Of a DNA stretch of 64,000 nucleotides, positions 12,230-27,712 are shown one piece after another. The position numbers and the translations under genes were made by a program. The notes beneath the pieces were generated by a model that saw nothing but the letters and a program-made list of their open reading frames with translations, was not told where the DNA came from and ran no database searches. Positions within the stretch are counted from its first letter, which is position 1; each line of letters begins with the position of its first letter. Source of the stretch: Octopus sinensis (taxonomy: Eukaryota); assembly GCF_006345805.1 (NCBI RefSeq), contig NC_043013.1, positions 18,228,001 to 18,292,000 on the forward strand, given 5' to 3'.

Positions 12230-12600
12230 AGTTAACATAGAAGACAGCCTTTGTGGTGCAGTTGCAACAGCAATTACAACAACAACAATATGGAATTACA
12301 GAATTTAGTTATAACCCAGAAGAAGGTATTACTATTTCTGCATATTTCCAAAGATATGAGGAAATCTTCAAAGAGGAATACAAAAATTGGATGGACAATG
12401 AAAAGGTACTACTACTTTTAAGAAAATTATCCCCAGCAGAACACAAAATACTGTAACTACATTCTACCAAAAAGACCATGTGAAATTGTTATTGAAAATT
12501 TTCAGTGAGAGACGTTCCCTGTTCAATACTCACTGGGAGTCTTTGAATTTAGTATAAAAGGATGATGAAGATTTCACTTTTTGGATAACTCCAGTCTTTT
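12230..12600 (+). mobile_element. Gypsy gag fragment
   Basis: FSYNPEEGITISAYFQRYEEIF...W.DNEKVLLLLRKL...NYILP...SLFN, typical of invertebrate Gypsy gag. Confidence 0.8.
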
Positions 12601-12739
12601 CTAGTCTCTGTAGTTCTTCATTGACTTGCATCATCACTGCAAAGGGTACTATTTGTTTTGGTTTAAATACTGGTATGGCATTTTTCTTTTATTTGAAAAA
12701 ATGCTTTCGTCTTGGCACACAGACCTAATTTATCAGACA

Positions 12740-13221
12740 GAACCCCCCCTTTGCTTGCGAAGACCTGTTGGGGCAAGTGAAATCGGAATCGAAATTGAAC
12801 CAATCCTATGACTGGCACCTGACAGATGCCAGGACCCCTGGACTGGAGATACGTAAAAAGCACTATCCGAATCGTGGCCGATGCCAGCACCGCCTCGACT
12901 GGCTTCCGTGTCGGTGGCACGTAAAAAGTACCATCCGAATCGTGGCCGAAGCCAGTGCCGCCTCGACTGGCTTCCATGCAGGTGGCACGTAAAATGCACC
13001 AATCCGACCGTGGCCGATGCCAGCCTCGCCTGGCACCAGTGCAGGTGGCACGTAAAAAGCACCCACTACACTCACGGGGTGGTTGGCGTTAGGAAGGGCA
13101 TCCAGCTGTAGAAACATTGCCAGATAAGACCGGAGCCTGGTGCAGCCTTCTGGCTTCCCAGATCCCCGGTCGAACCGTCCAACCCATGCTAGCATGGAGA
13201 ACGGACGTTAAACGATGATGA
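12740..13221 (+). mobile_element. Young RTE 3'-UTR copy inserted in the Gypsy remnant
   Basis: CpG-intact, with repeated GTGGCACGTAAAAAGCACC units and a (GAT)n tail. Confidence 0.9.
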
Positions 13222-13319
13222 AGAACTTAAGGAAAAATATTTTTTACTCTTTCCTTCAATTCGTCTGACGACTTGTTTTTAGTAGGGGGGGAAAAACCAT
13301 TTATATTTTTACAGAACAG

Positions 13320-13495
13320 ATTTATGGGGAGGTCTCATAAATTAAACAATTCCATCCAGTCAGTACTATTATTAAACTATGGTTTCAAGATGGAGTATAT
13401 ACCATCCAAGAAATTAGACCATGCTGATTGTTTATCAAGATTTATTTCAAAAACCATGGAACCATTTGAAGATACTGTGATTAAACACTAATTAC
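13320..13495 (+). mobile_element. Gypsy pol RNase H C-terminal fragment
   Basis: LLNYGFKMEYIPSKKLDHADCLSRFI corresponds to the ADxLSR motif. Confidence 0.75.
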
Positions 13496-14099
13496 CTCAA
13501 TTACTTTATTTCAGGTAACTGCATATTTACTCCACCCATCTCATCACTGTTACTCACACAGAATAATTTGTATCCTTGTTTCTTGCCTGTGGAGAGTTCA
13601 GCTAAGGAACCGCACCATCTTATTTCTTGTGGATAATACCTCCACAATCTCTCCAGACCTACCTTTCATCACTCCATTGTTGATTGTAGCAGCCCTAAAG
13701 TTTTTGAACTGACTTAAAGGCGGGTGGGTATCAAGTGGTACTTAAATTTGTTGCTGTTTGATTTCTGTCCCTGGGTAGGATAAGGAAGATTCTTTATTCT
13801 CACATGGCTAGATACCTGTAGCTTTGATTGGCTTGCTATTTCTCCATCCACTCAAACAACAATTCAACACATTATTATTATTAATAGTACTATTAATACT
13901 GAGGTTGTAAGTTCTAGTCACCTGGTATAATTTTGTTAGTATTAAAATAGACATAAGATGTATAAATGTAAATAGTGAATCTATTATGCTAGTTTCAGAT
14001 TGAGGGTGATGCTAAGCTAATTACTAGAAGAGTGAATTGATGAATATTTTCTTGTATATAGACATACATACATATATATATATATTACACATACACAGG

Positions 14100-14300
14100 T
14101 ATGTGAGAGCATAGGTGCAAAACAAGGTGGAAATAATACTCAAATCCCAAAGGTAGAGTAAAATACAGTGTTTTATAGTAAATGAAAAAGTTCACAAAAC
14201 TTACTCAGAGTTTCATGTAACCAGTCATCAGAAAGAAGTGAACTTTTGGAGTGAAACTGAGTAACAATTTGTAAAGTTTTACAACTTCAATAAAATGCAA
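14100..14300 (-). mobile_element. Decayed member of the (TA)n-flanked hammerhead/foldback family
   Basis: Shares aacaaggtggaaa...actcaaat with 42.1 kb and 52.6 kb; minus strand reads CTGATGA...GAAACTCTGAGTA. Confidence 0.55.
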
Positions 14301-14519
14301 ACTATTTACACACATATACTAATGCCACTGAAATCTTCAAGAGGACACACATAGAGGTACTTGTAGAGGAAAGAAAGAAGTTGAATTTGCAGATAAACCT
14401 CAATTGATTACAATACTCAATAATATTTTCCTCTTTTCTTGACTGCTCTGGTGTCTGTATTTGTATACTAGTTTCTGTAGTCTTCACACTCAAATGCACA
14501 TAAACACAGACACAGACTT

Positions 14520-14562
<43 letters not shown>

Positions 14563-14645
14563 TTAACAGGCTAAGGGGTACAAGGCAACCGAGAAAACTA
14601 GCTGCCAATATACTGCCTGTACAGACCCGTAATCCTTATACTTAC

Positions 14646-14712
14646 AACATCTGTGGGCTTCTTAGCAAATCATGACTGACAAAGAAAGTGTGGGTTGTCG
14701 GATCCTCATATG
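14646..14712 (-). CDS. Internal coding exon (YEDPTTHTFFVSHDLLRSPQM)
   Basis: ctcccgtctgtttcag|...|gtaagt, both sites strong. 67 nt, only the phase-1 frame is open. Confidence 0.7.
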
Positions 14713-15428
14713 CTGAAACAGACGGGAGAGTCCATCTTATATATAAATGCCATAGACTTCTTTCAGTTTCTATCTACCAAATTCACAGACTTCTTTCAGC
14801 TTCTGTTGACCAAATTCACTTATAAAGCTTTGGGTGGCTCAGGGAACTGGTAGAAGTCACCCATTGAAAGTGCTACAAATGTGTGTGTGTGGGGGCATGC
14901 ATAAATATATGTGCATATGGCTGAGTGTGTGTGTATGTTTGTCTTTACATGGACTCTACTCTGGCAGTGCTAAGATTATTTATGCTCTTTGTAAATGAGA
15001 CATATCCTACAGCTCAGTTGCTTGAGGTGTGAATGCCAGTGGAATTTATACACCACTTTAAATTGAGTGTTAGCATCAGGGAGGGCATCTAGTCACACGA
15101 TACTATCTCATGAAGTCTTCCAACCCATACGAGCATGAAAAAAACAGCAGTAAAATTCATGATGATAATGATGATATCTTTTCAAAATAGTATATATATT
15201 GTTTTGAAAAAAACACGTTTGAAAAAAAATTTTTTAATTTCTTCTAATTTTCCAATTTTAATAAGAAAACACACACACAAAGGATATAAAAAAAAACAAA
15301 AGCAAAAATAGCAACAAAGCAAAACCAGGATGAAGAAGAAAGAACTATGAGATCATTGGAGCCAATGGGGTAGAATTTGGTATAATGTAGATAAGATACA
15401 GGATGAACATTCATACATATGCATAGAA

Positions 15429-15485
<57 letters not shown>

Positions 15486-16319
15486 GTTAGAAGCAATTAT
15501 TAAAATGTGTTTAAAGTTTTCGCTGATGATGATGATAAGATTGGGTGAGGTGGGGAGGAAAAATTGATAAATGATTTCTAGTGAATATCTTCAGTTATTG
15601 TCAGCGCCATTTGTTCAAGAAGAATTGGCGTCATTCCAAAGAATGCCAGGAGATGTCCGATAATTAATGTTCTTCTTCTCTTACTTTCTCCTCCTCCTCT
15701 GAAGATGATAATAATGACGAGGATGATGATGATGGTGGTGGTGGTGGTGATGATGACAGTGATGATGATGATGATGATGATCTCCTGAGCAATTGTTCTT
15801 AACACCACAAAAACTGTTTGTATTGCTGTGTGAAGGTTTATAATTAAGATATTTTATTGATTTTTTTTTACTGGCCTTTTTCTATTTTTGTCTTACGTTT
15901 TTTTTCCCCCTCTCTCTTGGCCAGAAACAGTGCAAGTAGACCGAAATTTATTCAACATAAACAGTCTGTGAGGCTTAAAATCATGTGCAGTTGAGCTGAG
16001 GACGATGCCGGACAACTGACCACATGTTTGTAATTTCAAACCTTACTATTACTACTGCCATTGGGCTGTGACCTTCAAGGAACGCCTGATTTTGTTTGCT
16101 CTGCTCCAGCTGGCCTGACTAACTGCATAAGATAATAGGAACCATGAACCAAAAATGGAGTCTCTAGGCAGTCACTTGACCTGCTAGAAAAAACAGACAT
16201 CGCCAGTGGACATATTGTGATTATAGATGTGAACTGATAAATATATAACGCATTATGAGTATAACTCAACAGATGAATATGTAATGCAATTTCTAATGAT
16301 TTTTTAGACAACTAATCAT

Positions 16320-16575
16320 ATCATCATCATCATCCTCGTCTAACGTCTGCTTTCCATGCTAGCATGGGTTGGACGATTTGACTGAGGTCTGGCAAACCAG
16401 ACTCCAATCTGACCTGGCTGAGTTTCTACAGCTGGATGCCCTTCCTAACGCCAACCACTCCGAGAGTATAGTGGGTGCTTTTACGTGCCACCGGCACGAG
16501 AGCCAGTTTGGTGGTACTGGCAACGGCCATGCTCAAATGGTGCTTTTTATGTGCCACCTGCACAGGAGCCAGTCT
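16320..16575 (-). mobile_element. RTE 3'-UTR/tail fragment
   Basis: (CAT)n followed by ccatgctagcatgggttggacg...ggatgcccttcctaacgcc. Confidence 0.9.
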
Positions 16576-17548
16576 TAATGAATAATTATATTCTGAAGAG
16601 TTAACAAATATTTTTGCTTATATATTGTCACACTGCTTCCCCTCTTTCAATTGTTTGAATATTGAACAACATCAAACTGAAAGAAGCCCGTCACATATAT
16701 GTATATGCATAGGCATACATGCATACATATGCAGGTATGCATGTTTGTGTATGTTTATGCCATCTTGTTTTCATGCTGCATGATAGTTGTAAATAAGTGC
16801 AATTTTTTTTTCCAGTCTTCTCCGAAAGCATCCATCCAGGGAGACGTATTACCTTGCTGGAAACAAAATGGCATCAGTAAAAACATCTAGTCTTAGAAGA
16901 TCTATCTACTTCAAACAAATTCTATTTGACCCATGCAAGCTTGGAAAAAATGGACGTTAAAAATGGACATTAAAATAATTTGTTGAGGCAGATTTTCTAC
17001 AGTCTAATACTCTTCCTGTCGCCAACTGTTTCCAAGCGAAGAAATATTTTCCCATAACTGGACAGGTTTTTCATGGAAGACTGGAAGCAAACAATCTCAC
17101 TTGTATGATAAAGCTTATTAACAACCGTTATGTTATTTTGAGATAAGGGTACACACAAACACACGCACACATACATAATGGGATTCTTTCACTTTCCATC
17201 TACCAAATCCACTCACAAGGCTTTGGTCAGTGAGGGGTTAGAGTAGACACTTGTTCAAGGTGCTGCAGAGTAGAACTGAACTCAAGACCACATGATTGGG
17301 AAGCAAGTGATTTTGTAACTTTTGCCAATTAAAACAATAAAATATATATACTCATTTTTAACAAAACAGGGAACTGGAAATCTGTTTAGTATTTATTCAC
17401 CATTACATACAGCAGCAACTGAGACTACATATTGGATTGTAATAATGGAGTAAGCAGATGTGGTTTAAGAGGAAACAGCTGGGATTTCCCCTAAATACCT
17501 ACATAATTATACTCATGTACTGAGTTCTTATCCTGTTTGTTCTACCAA

Positions 17549-17585
<37 letters not shown>

Positions 17586-17634
17586 TATGTGTATGCACAT
17601 GAGTGTGTGTGTGTGTATATATATATATAATACA

Positions 17635-18019
17635 CTAGCAGTATCACCCGGCGTTGCTCAGGTTTGTAAGGGAAATAACTATAAAGCATTTTTAGAGAGT
17701 TATAGCCAAAAAATAGCACAAAAATGGAAAAAAAATGATGGTAAATTTTTTTTGAGAGTTAAAAAAGGTCGAGTTGCGTCCCCATGACAGTCTGTGGTTT
17801 GTGTTTCTGATTCTCGACCCCATGTCAAATTTATCGATTTTTTTCAGAACTGGGGGAACTTTTCAAAATTTTTGCTGCGTTAGTTTTGAATAATGACATT
17901 GGGCTATGTGTGTGTCAAGTTTCATCAGAATCGGTTGAAAGCCGTGGTCAGGGTGAGGGTACAACCAAACAGACACACAGAAACACACACAGACAAACTG
18001 CCGTTTATATAGAGAGAGA
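17635..18019 (-). mobile_element. Non-autonomous Helitron
   Basis: On the minus strand: 5' TC, subterminal hairpin, 3' CTAG, inserted between A and T. The 3' ~75 bp match the element at 60611-61114. Confidence 0.75.
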
Positions 18020-18200
18020 TATAAAAAGCACCCACTACACTCTTGGAGTGGTTGGCATTAGGAAGGGCATCCAGCTGTAGAAACACTGCCAGATTAGACT
18101 GGAGCCTGGTGCAGCCTCCTGGCTTCCCAGACCACGGTCGAAAACCGTCCAACCCACGCTAGCATGGAAAACAGACGTTAAACGATAATGGTGATGATGA
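18020..18200 (+). mobile_element. RTE 3'-UTR/tail fragment
   Basis: Matches the 3' end of the LINE at 1-1710. Confidence 0.9.
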
Positions 18201-18671
18201 TATATATAGTTAGCTAGAAAGGCAGATATATATAATAGCATTTTCTAAAATCTGTTTAAATTTTTAAAAAATTGTGGGACACATAGAGAGAAGGCAAGAG
18301 GGAGAGAGAGAGGGGAGAGGGGAGAGAGAATAAAGCAGTTGGTAAGGCAGCAACAGAAGGTGGGTGTGTTCAGTGGTGTATTGTCTGTCTGCTATTGTAT
18401 TGATACATGTGATCAGTGATAGATGATGACACCAGTGGGGGAGTGTCTGTCTGTATGTCTGGATGTGTGCATAGTGGGTGGGTGGGTGGGGCGGAAGGAG
18501 AGGAGATTGATTTGTATCAATAGATATTGATTTATCAAACATTTACACAAACTCTAACATACTCAATGACACACTGACAACAAATGCATGTACGTAACAC
18601 TTGCATATACACACATGTACACATTACACATAGTCAATAACATCCATCTACATATATATATATATACACAT

Positions 18672-18702
<31 letters not shown>

Positions 18703-18714
18703 AGTATATTACTG

Positions 18715-20150
<1,436 letters not shown>

Positions 20151-20151
20151 C

Positions 20152-20390
20152 ATCATCATCCGCTTTCCATGCTAGCATGGGTTGGACGGTTCAACTGGGG
20201 TCTGTGAAGCCAGAAGGCTGCATCAGGCCCAGTCTGATCTGGCAGTGTTTCTATGGCTGGATGCCCTGCCTAACGCCAACCACTCCGTGAGTGTAGTTGG
20301 TTCTTTTTACGTGCCACCGGCACGGGGGCCAGGCGAGGCTGGTAACGGCCCCGAACGGATGGTGCTTTTTACGTGCCACCGGCACGTAAA
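20152..20390 (-). mobile_element. RTE 3'-UTR/tail fragment
   Basis: catcatcatccgctttccatgctagcatggg... Confidence 0.9.
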
Positions 20391-21119
20391 AGCATCCAGC
20401 CATTGAAACCACATCAAATCAGCCTGTCTAACCCATGCCAGCATGGAAAGTAGATGCTAAATGATGATAATGATGATACAGGAATCCCTCACTTTATGGA
20501 AGTAAAGTGTGCCTGAAAATTTTGCCATAACACGTGGCACCAGCACTGGCAGAGTCACCAAGTAACTTTGCAAAACAAGGAATCTTTGAGAAGAGAGAGG
20601 GCATTGGAGGAGGTGATCTTTCAAGAGGTAGGATCACTAGGCAGTTATGGGGGTGGTTAACAGTCACAAGTTTGCTGATGGCATGGTCACTCTGTAAGTG
20701 GTGTGTTTGTGAATGTAGTGTTTTATGTGGAAATCTATGTTGTCCAAGCACATGTAACTGATTACATTTTTTTCCTTAGTTGTTTTAGTTATTGGACTAT
20801 GGTCATGTCAGGGTGCTATATTTAAGGGGGTCTCCTTTTAGTTGATCATATGACCGCAGTACTTATTTTAGTCTTTTACTTAATTTATCAATATATATTT
20901 ATCATATGACAAAGTTTTCACCTTTTTGACATAAGGGGATGCAACACAGCACTGATTCACACAGACATGTAGTCATAGATATATGGAAGTATGTATGCAT
21001 GCATGTGTGTGTATGAATGTGTGTGCACACGTGCTTGCATCTGTATGTGTGTGTGCACATATGTGCTTGCATGTGTGTGTGTGTGCACACATGTGCTTGC
21101 ATGTGTGTGTGTGTGTGCA

Positions 21120-22260
<1,141 letters not shown>

Positions 22261-22296
22261 GAACACACACACGCACATACATACACACACGCACAC

Positions 22297-22946
22297 GATG
22301 GGCTTCTTTCAATTTCTGTCTCTCAAATCCACTCACAAGGCTTTGGTCAGTCCAAGGCTATAGTAGAAGACACTTGCCCAAGGTGACATGCAGTGGGAAT
22401 GAACTTGGAACCACGTGGTTTGGAAGCAGACTTCTTACTACACAACCACACTTGTGTGTGTGTGTGTGTGTGTAATACACACACACTTATATACAGACAC
22501 ACACACATATACACACACACATGATGGGCTTCTTTCAGTTTCCATCTACCAAATCCACTCACAAGGCTTTGGTCTTCTACCAAGCCTATAGTAGAAGACA
22601 CTTGCCCAAGGTGACATGCAGTGGGAGTGAACTTGGAATCATGTGGTTGGGAAGCAGACTTCTTACTACACAACCACACCTGCGCCTCTGTGTGTGTGTG
22701 TGTGTACATACATGCACACTTATATACAGACACACACACACATATACACACACATACACACACACATATCCATATGTGTGTAGTGTATATGCGGCTTGTT
22801 TCCAATAGCAAGGCACTGTCAACCTCAAACAGTAGAACACATTTGCCCAAGGTGGTATGTAGTAGGATTCAAACCAGAACCATATAGAAGCAAAGTGGAC
22901 AAACAAATACTGAATGAGAAAGAGACAGTGAAGAAGAAGAAGAAGA

Positions 22947-22995
<49 letters not shown>

Positions 22996-23069
22996 GGTGG
23001 AGAGGGGGAAATATATTTATTCCTAATAATGAGCTACTAATTTGAAGGTCAAACTGATGAAGCTAACAC

Positions 23070-23154
<85 letters not shown>

Positions 23155-24534
23155 ATGTGTGTGTGTATGAGTTTATAGTTTGTGAGTATGTTTGCATATG
23201 TGTAAATGTATAGTCTGTGGGTATGTTTACATAGATGTGCATATGTATACACTACAGGTGTGTTTAAATATATGTATGCGAATTTATGATCTGTGAGTAT
23301 GTTTATACAAGTGCACGAATATTCTATGTTATGTTTACATAGATGTGTATATTTGCATATGCGTGTATGTATAATTTGTGGTTATGTTTACATAGTTATG
23401 TTTGTATGTATTGAGTGTGCATATCTTTATATATGTGTACATGTATGTATTCTTAGTATGTATGTCTACCCATGTGCATGAGTGTGTGTGTGTGTATGTG
23501 TGTATATGTATTGTTTGTGGATGTATTTACATAGTTATGTGTGTGTTCGTGTATTGTGTATAGATAATTGTACATATGCATGTGTGTATGTAGCTTCTGT
23601 ATGTAAGTGTGTTTGAACAAATGTGTGTACATGTGTGTTTATTTGTGTAGTGTGTGGGTACGTTTCTTGCAAGAATATTATTATGTATATGCCAAGTTGA
23701 AACAAAAGATTTTGGGGATTTTCACTCTTTTACTTGTTTCAGTCATTTGACTGTGGCCATGCAGGAGCACCGCCTTTAGTCGAGCAAATCGACCCCAGGA
23801 CTTATTCTTTGTAAGCCTAGTACTTATTCTATCGGTCTCTTTTGCCGAACTGCTAAGTTACGGGGATGTAAACACACCAGCATCAGTTGTCAAGTGATGT
23901 TGAGGGGACAAACACAGACTGACAAACATATATACACACATACATATATAGATGTATATATATATATACGACAGGCTTCTTTCAGTTTCCGTCTACCAAA
24001 TCCACTCACAAGGCTTTGGTCGGCCTAAGGGTATAGTTGAAGACACTTGCCCAAGATGCCATGCAGTGGGACTGAACTTGGAACCATGCGGTTGGTAAGC
24101 AAGCTACTTACCACACAGCCACTCCTGCACCTATAATTGTGTAATTTTTGTTTACTTGTAGTTCATATTTTAGTGTGATTGAATGTTCTGTTTCATTTTC
24201 AGTGTGTTCTATCTATAAGTTTGTCTCTTTCAATTTTTGGTAGTTTAACCTCACATAAAACCTTCACGTGTTTGTTAGTCTGCTGTTATATTTTTCCTTA
24301 TCTCTTTTCTCTTTTACTTGTTTCAGTCATTTGACTGCGGCCATGCCGGAGCACCGCTTTTAGTCGAGCAAATCGATCCTGGAACTTTTTCTTTGTAAGC
24401 CCAGTACTTATTCTATCGGTCTCTTTTGCCGAACCGCTAAGTGACGGGGACGTAAACACACCAGCATCGGTTGTCAAGCAATGCTAGGGGGACAAACACA
24501 CACACACACAAACATACATACATACACACACACA

Positions 24535-24607
<73 letters not shown>

Positions 24608-24765
24608 CATATATACGACAGGCTTCTTTCAGTTTCCGTCAACCAAATCACTCACAAGGCATTGGTCGGCCCAGGGCTATAGCCCAAGATGCCATGCAGT
24701 GGGATTGAACCCGGAACCATGTGGCTGGTTAGCAAGCTACTTACCACACAGCCACTCCTGCGCCT
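22297..24765 (-). mobile_element. Cluster of microsatellite-core tRNA SINEs (22297-22455, 22523-22690, 23725-24130, 24310-24765) with interspersed microsatellites
   Basis: Same family and orientation as 7005-7947. Confidence 0.85.
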
Positions 24766-27712
24766 GTGTGTTTTATGTCTCTGTGTGTTTTTTTCTCTAA
24801 AGTTCATATTTCTCTTTTATGGTGTTTGTGTGTTTTGGGTAGAGTGTTGCTGTGTAGAATGCATATAACACTTTGATTTAGTTGTCACATGTCCCGTGTT
24901 CTCTTTTAATTATTCTTTTTCATCCCTTTCAGGGTTGATAAATTAAGTCCCAGTTGAGCACTAAGGTCAATGTAATCAACATACCCTTCCCCTGAAGTTG
25001 CTGGCCTTGTGCCAAAATTTGAAAGCATTATTATTGTTGTTATTGTTGTTATTTCAGATCAGATTTATTCTTGAATATTGTTTAGGTGTTGTTGTTGTTG
25101 GTGGTGGTGGTGATGTTTTTAATAATAAAGTTGAGAAACTGAACTTTTCTCTGGTTTTTCCATATCTTGAAGATGGGAATGAATAAGAGAGATTGTCAGA
25201 ATCTCTGTAGACATCGTGAAAGGAGGAGCATGGCTTGTTTGACTGATGGAGAGGTCATGGAGAGGGAAAGGGGTGAGAGAAGAAAGTGGGTGGGTGGGTG
25301 CTGGAGGCTACACTCCTTAGAGTTGTAGCTAGAGGGCAGAGGAGGGGGAAATTAATAATTTTTAATTGATAGAATAATGATGAGTGATGTTGATGATGAG
25401 AATGATGTTTCAATGATGCTGATAATGATGACTGAATGATGATGATGGTGATGATGAATGATGGTCAAGCTGACTTTAGATGAAAAATATACATAACTAA
25501 ATAATTAGGAAATTAATGAACTCACTAATTATCATCAACACTTTTACTACCGTGAGGCCTTAATGACACATATCCTCTCTTCTCTAATAATTAGCATGGG
25601 TTTGTGTGTGTGTCTCAGTGTGTCTGCTTGTGTGTACATGTGAGTGAGATATGTGTGTATCTGTGACTTTGTCTCCATATATTTAAGTGAGTTTACACCT
25701 TTGTTTCCATGAGTATGTGTGTCTGTCTGTTCTTTTGCCTCTGTGTGTATTTGTGCTTCAGTGATAACCCTCCTCCCCATCTCTGACTATGTCATAGAAA
25801 GGTTTACCACTGAAGGCTTTAGCCTCATGTAATGTACAGCTAGGAGCCTTGTCAGTTTGGTAAAGCTACGCCTTGCCACTACTGTGCCAGCTACATACTT
25901 AAGGGGTTAAACTCACCACTACAAAGCTAAGAAAACATCAGTTTTACAGTGCTGCCCCTGCCTCCTCAATATTGCAATCTCTATCCTCAACCTTGCTGTG
26001 GTATCTGTTTTACAGCTGAGTATTCTGAGCCACTGAGTCAAATTCTGAAATGCTGGTTTCTTCACTTGTTGTTTAGTCGTACATCAGCTCTGATCCAGCA
26101 GACCTATGATCAAAGGTACTCCGACTATGACCATCCCAACATTTTTTTTCAAGTATTTATATAGTACCATGTCATCACATGCATACCTTTTCTGTTTTTG
26201 TGAAAGTCAGATTTAAGAGAGATTTGGCTGCTATTTCTGTCAGGTTGAATCACTGTGGAATTTCTCTTATTGGCTCAAGGAGAACCTTCTTGTTGACACC
26301 AACTCAGCAATGTAAATTCAAACACATGTTGTGTTGGTCATGGTGGGAAGACATAGTGAAACACACACATCATTGATCCACCCTACAACCAATATGCCAA
26401 CACCCCATCCACTGATTCTGCTATGCCAACATGTGTTCCACATTTGGGGTAATCTACCCAATACTTGATACAATGACAATATTCCATCTAAAATCCAACA
26501 AGAGAACCTTTATATGATGGTTTGAATTGCTAGAAATAACAGTCAAATCTCCCCTCTCCCCATCTTCAAATCACACTTTATCATCTTAAAAAAGAAAAAG
26601 AAGAGTGGCATTGGATGCTGTAAGCCTAGATATATTATGTCAAAAAATATGTATAATGGGCATGGTTGGAATATCTGGGATAAGATTTAAGGGTTTACCT
26701 CAGGTCAAACAACAACAAGCCATAACCAACAAGGGACTCGCTCAATCTGCTTGAAACAACAGCCAAATCTCCCTGCAATCACACTGTAGTGTTAAAATAG
26801 GACAGTCACATTATATAATGTTGCCCTAGATACAATATGTCCAAGTAAAAAATGTGATGGTCACAGCTTCAACAAGTTTGATCATAGGTCTGCAAGGATG
26901 ATTGTGTAAGACATTTGACAGCTAATTGTAGCAGATAACAATTATGTGAAGGTTCCTTCATTTTCAGAAGTCACTTAAAATGATTGAATATACTGGAGAT
27001 ATTAGTCTTGAATATAACAGAATTTCTTGGGGCCAGAAATTAAGAGTGAAGGGTTTTAGTCCACACCATCAACCTTGATATTTAGCTGGTACTCTGTTTT
27101 ATTGACATTGGAATGGTAAAACAAATTTGACCTCAGCAGGATTGGAACTCAGAATGTAAAGGGCCATAACTTAATTCCACTAAGCATTTTACCCTATGCC
27201 CTAATGGGTCTGCCAATCTAACTTCAAGGATGTATGTTGGAAATGAGAAAGTATGACATGGTTGGAATGAAAGATAAAATGGTTTAAGTTCTGCATACAG
27301 TAGGTCTCCTGTACCAAACTTCCTAACTGCACAGCCACAACACATCCTCCATCAGTTTTGACAATGAGTATTCAGTTGTTTAAGCAATTAAGAATTTGGT
27401 GGTTGAGTATTCCACAGACATGTATACTCTTAACAAAATTCTTAGGCCAAATCAAGGTGACATGATATATAACTAAGCTAGAGCTTTCACTTATGGATAC
27501 TATCTATACAATGGGCTTCCACACAGTTTCCATCTCCCCAGTTTTACCCACAAGACTTGAGTTGACCTGAGACTATGATAAAAAGTAGAGGCACTTGCCT
27601 AAGGTGTCACACAGTGGGATCACACCGGGGACCTCGTGATTGTGAAGCAAATCTCTTAACCATTCATTGATGTCTGCATCCATTATAACACATACACACA
27701 CACAAACGTATG

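Noticed and set aside
12850-13075. CRISPR-like repeat-spacer pattern (palindromic GTGCC..GGCAC repeats)
   Set aside because: The spacers resemble each other, the array is part of the RTE 3'UTR in many dispersed copies, no cas genes are present, and the context is eukaryotic.
17411-17490. Phase-compatible exon (GNPSCFLLNHICLLHYYNPICSLSCC) and an editing-complementary partner at 6.0 kb
   Set aside because: The similarity extends beyond the splice sites into a shared repeat element, so it is best explained as a dispersed TE. Exonisation is not excluded.
20494-20751. 85-aa ORF as a host gene
   Set aside because: Its 3' part matches a LINE 3'-end repeat also seen at ~3520, ~30600 and ~46620.
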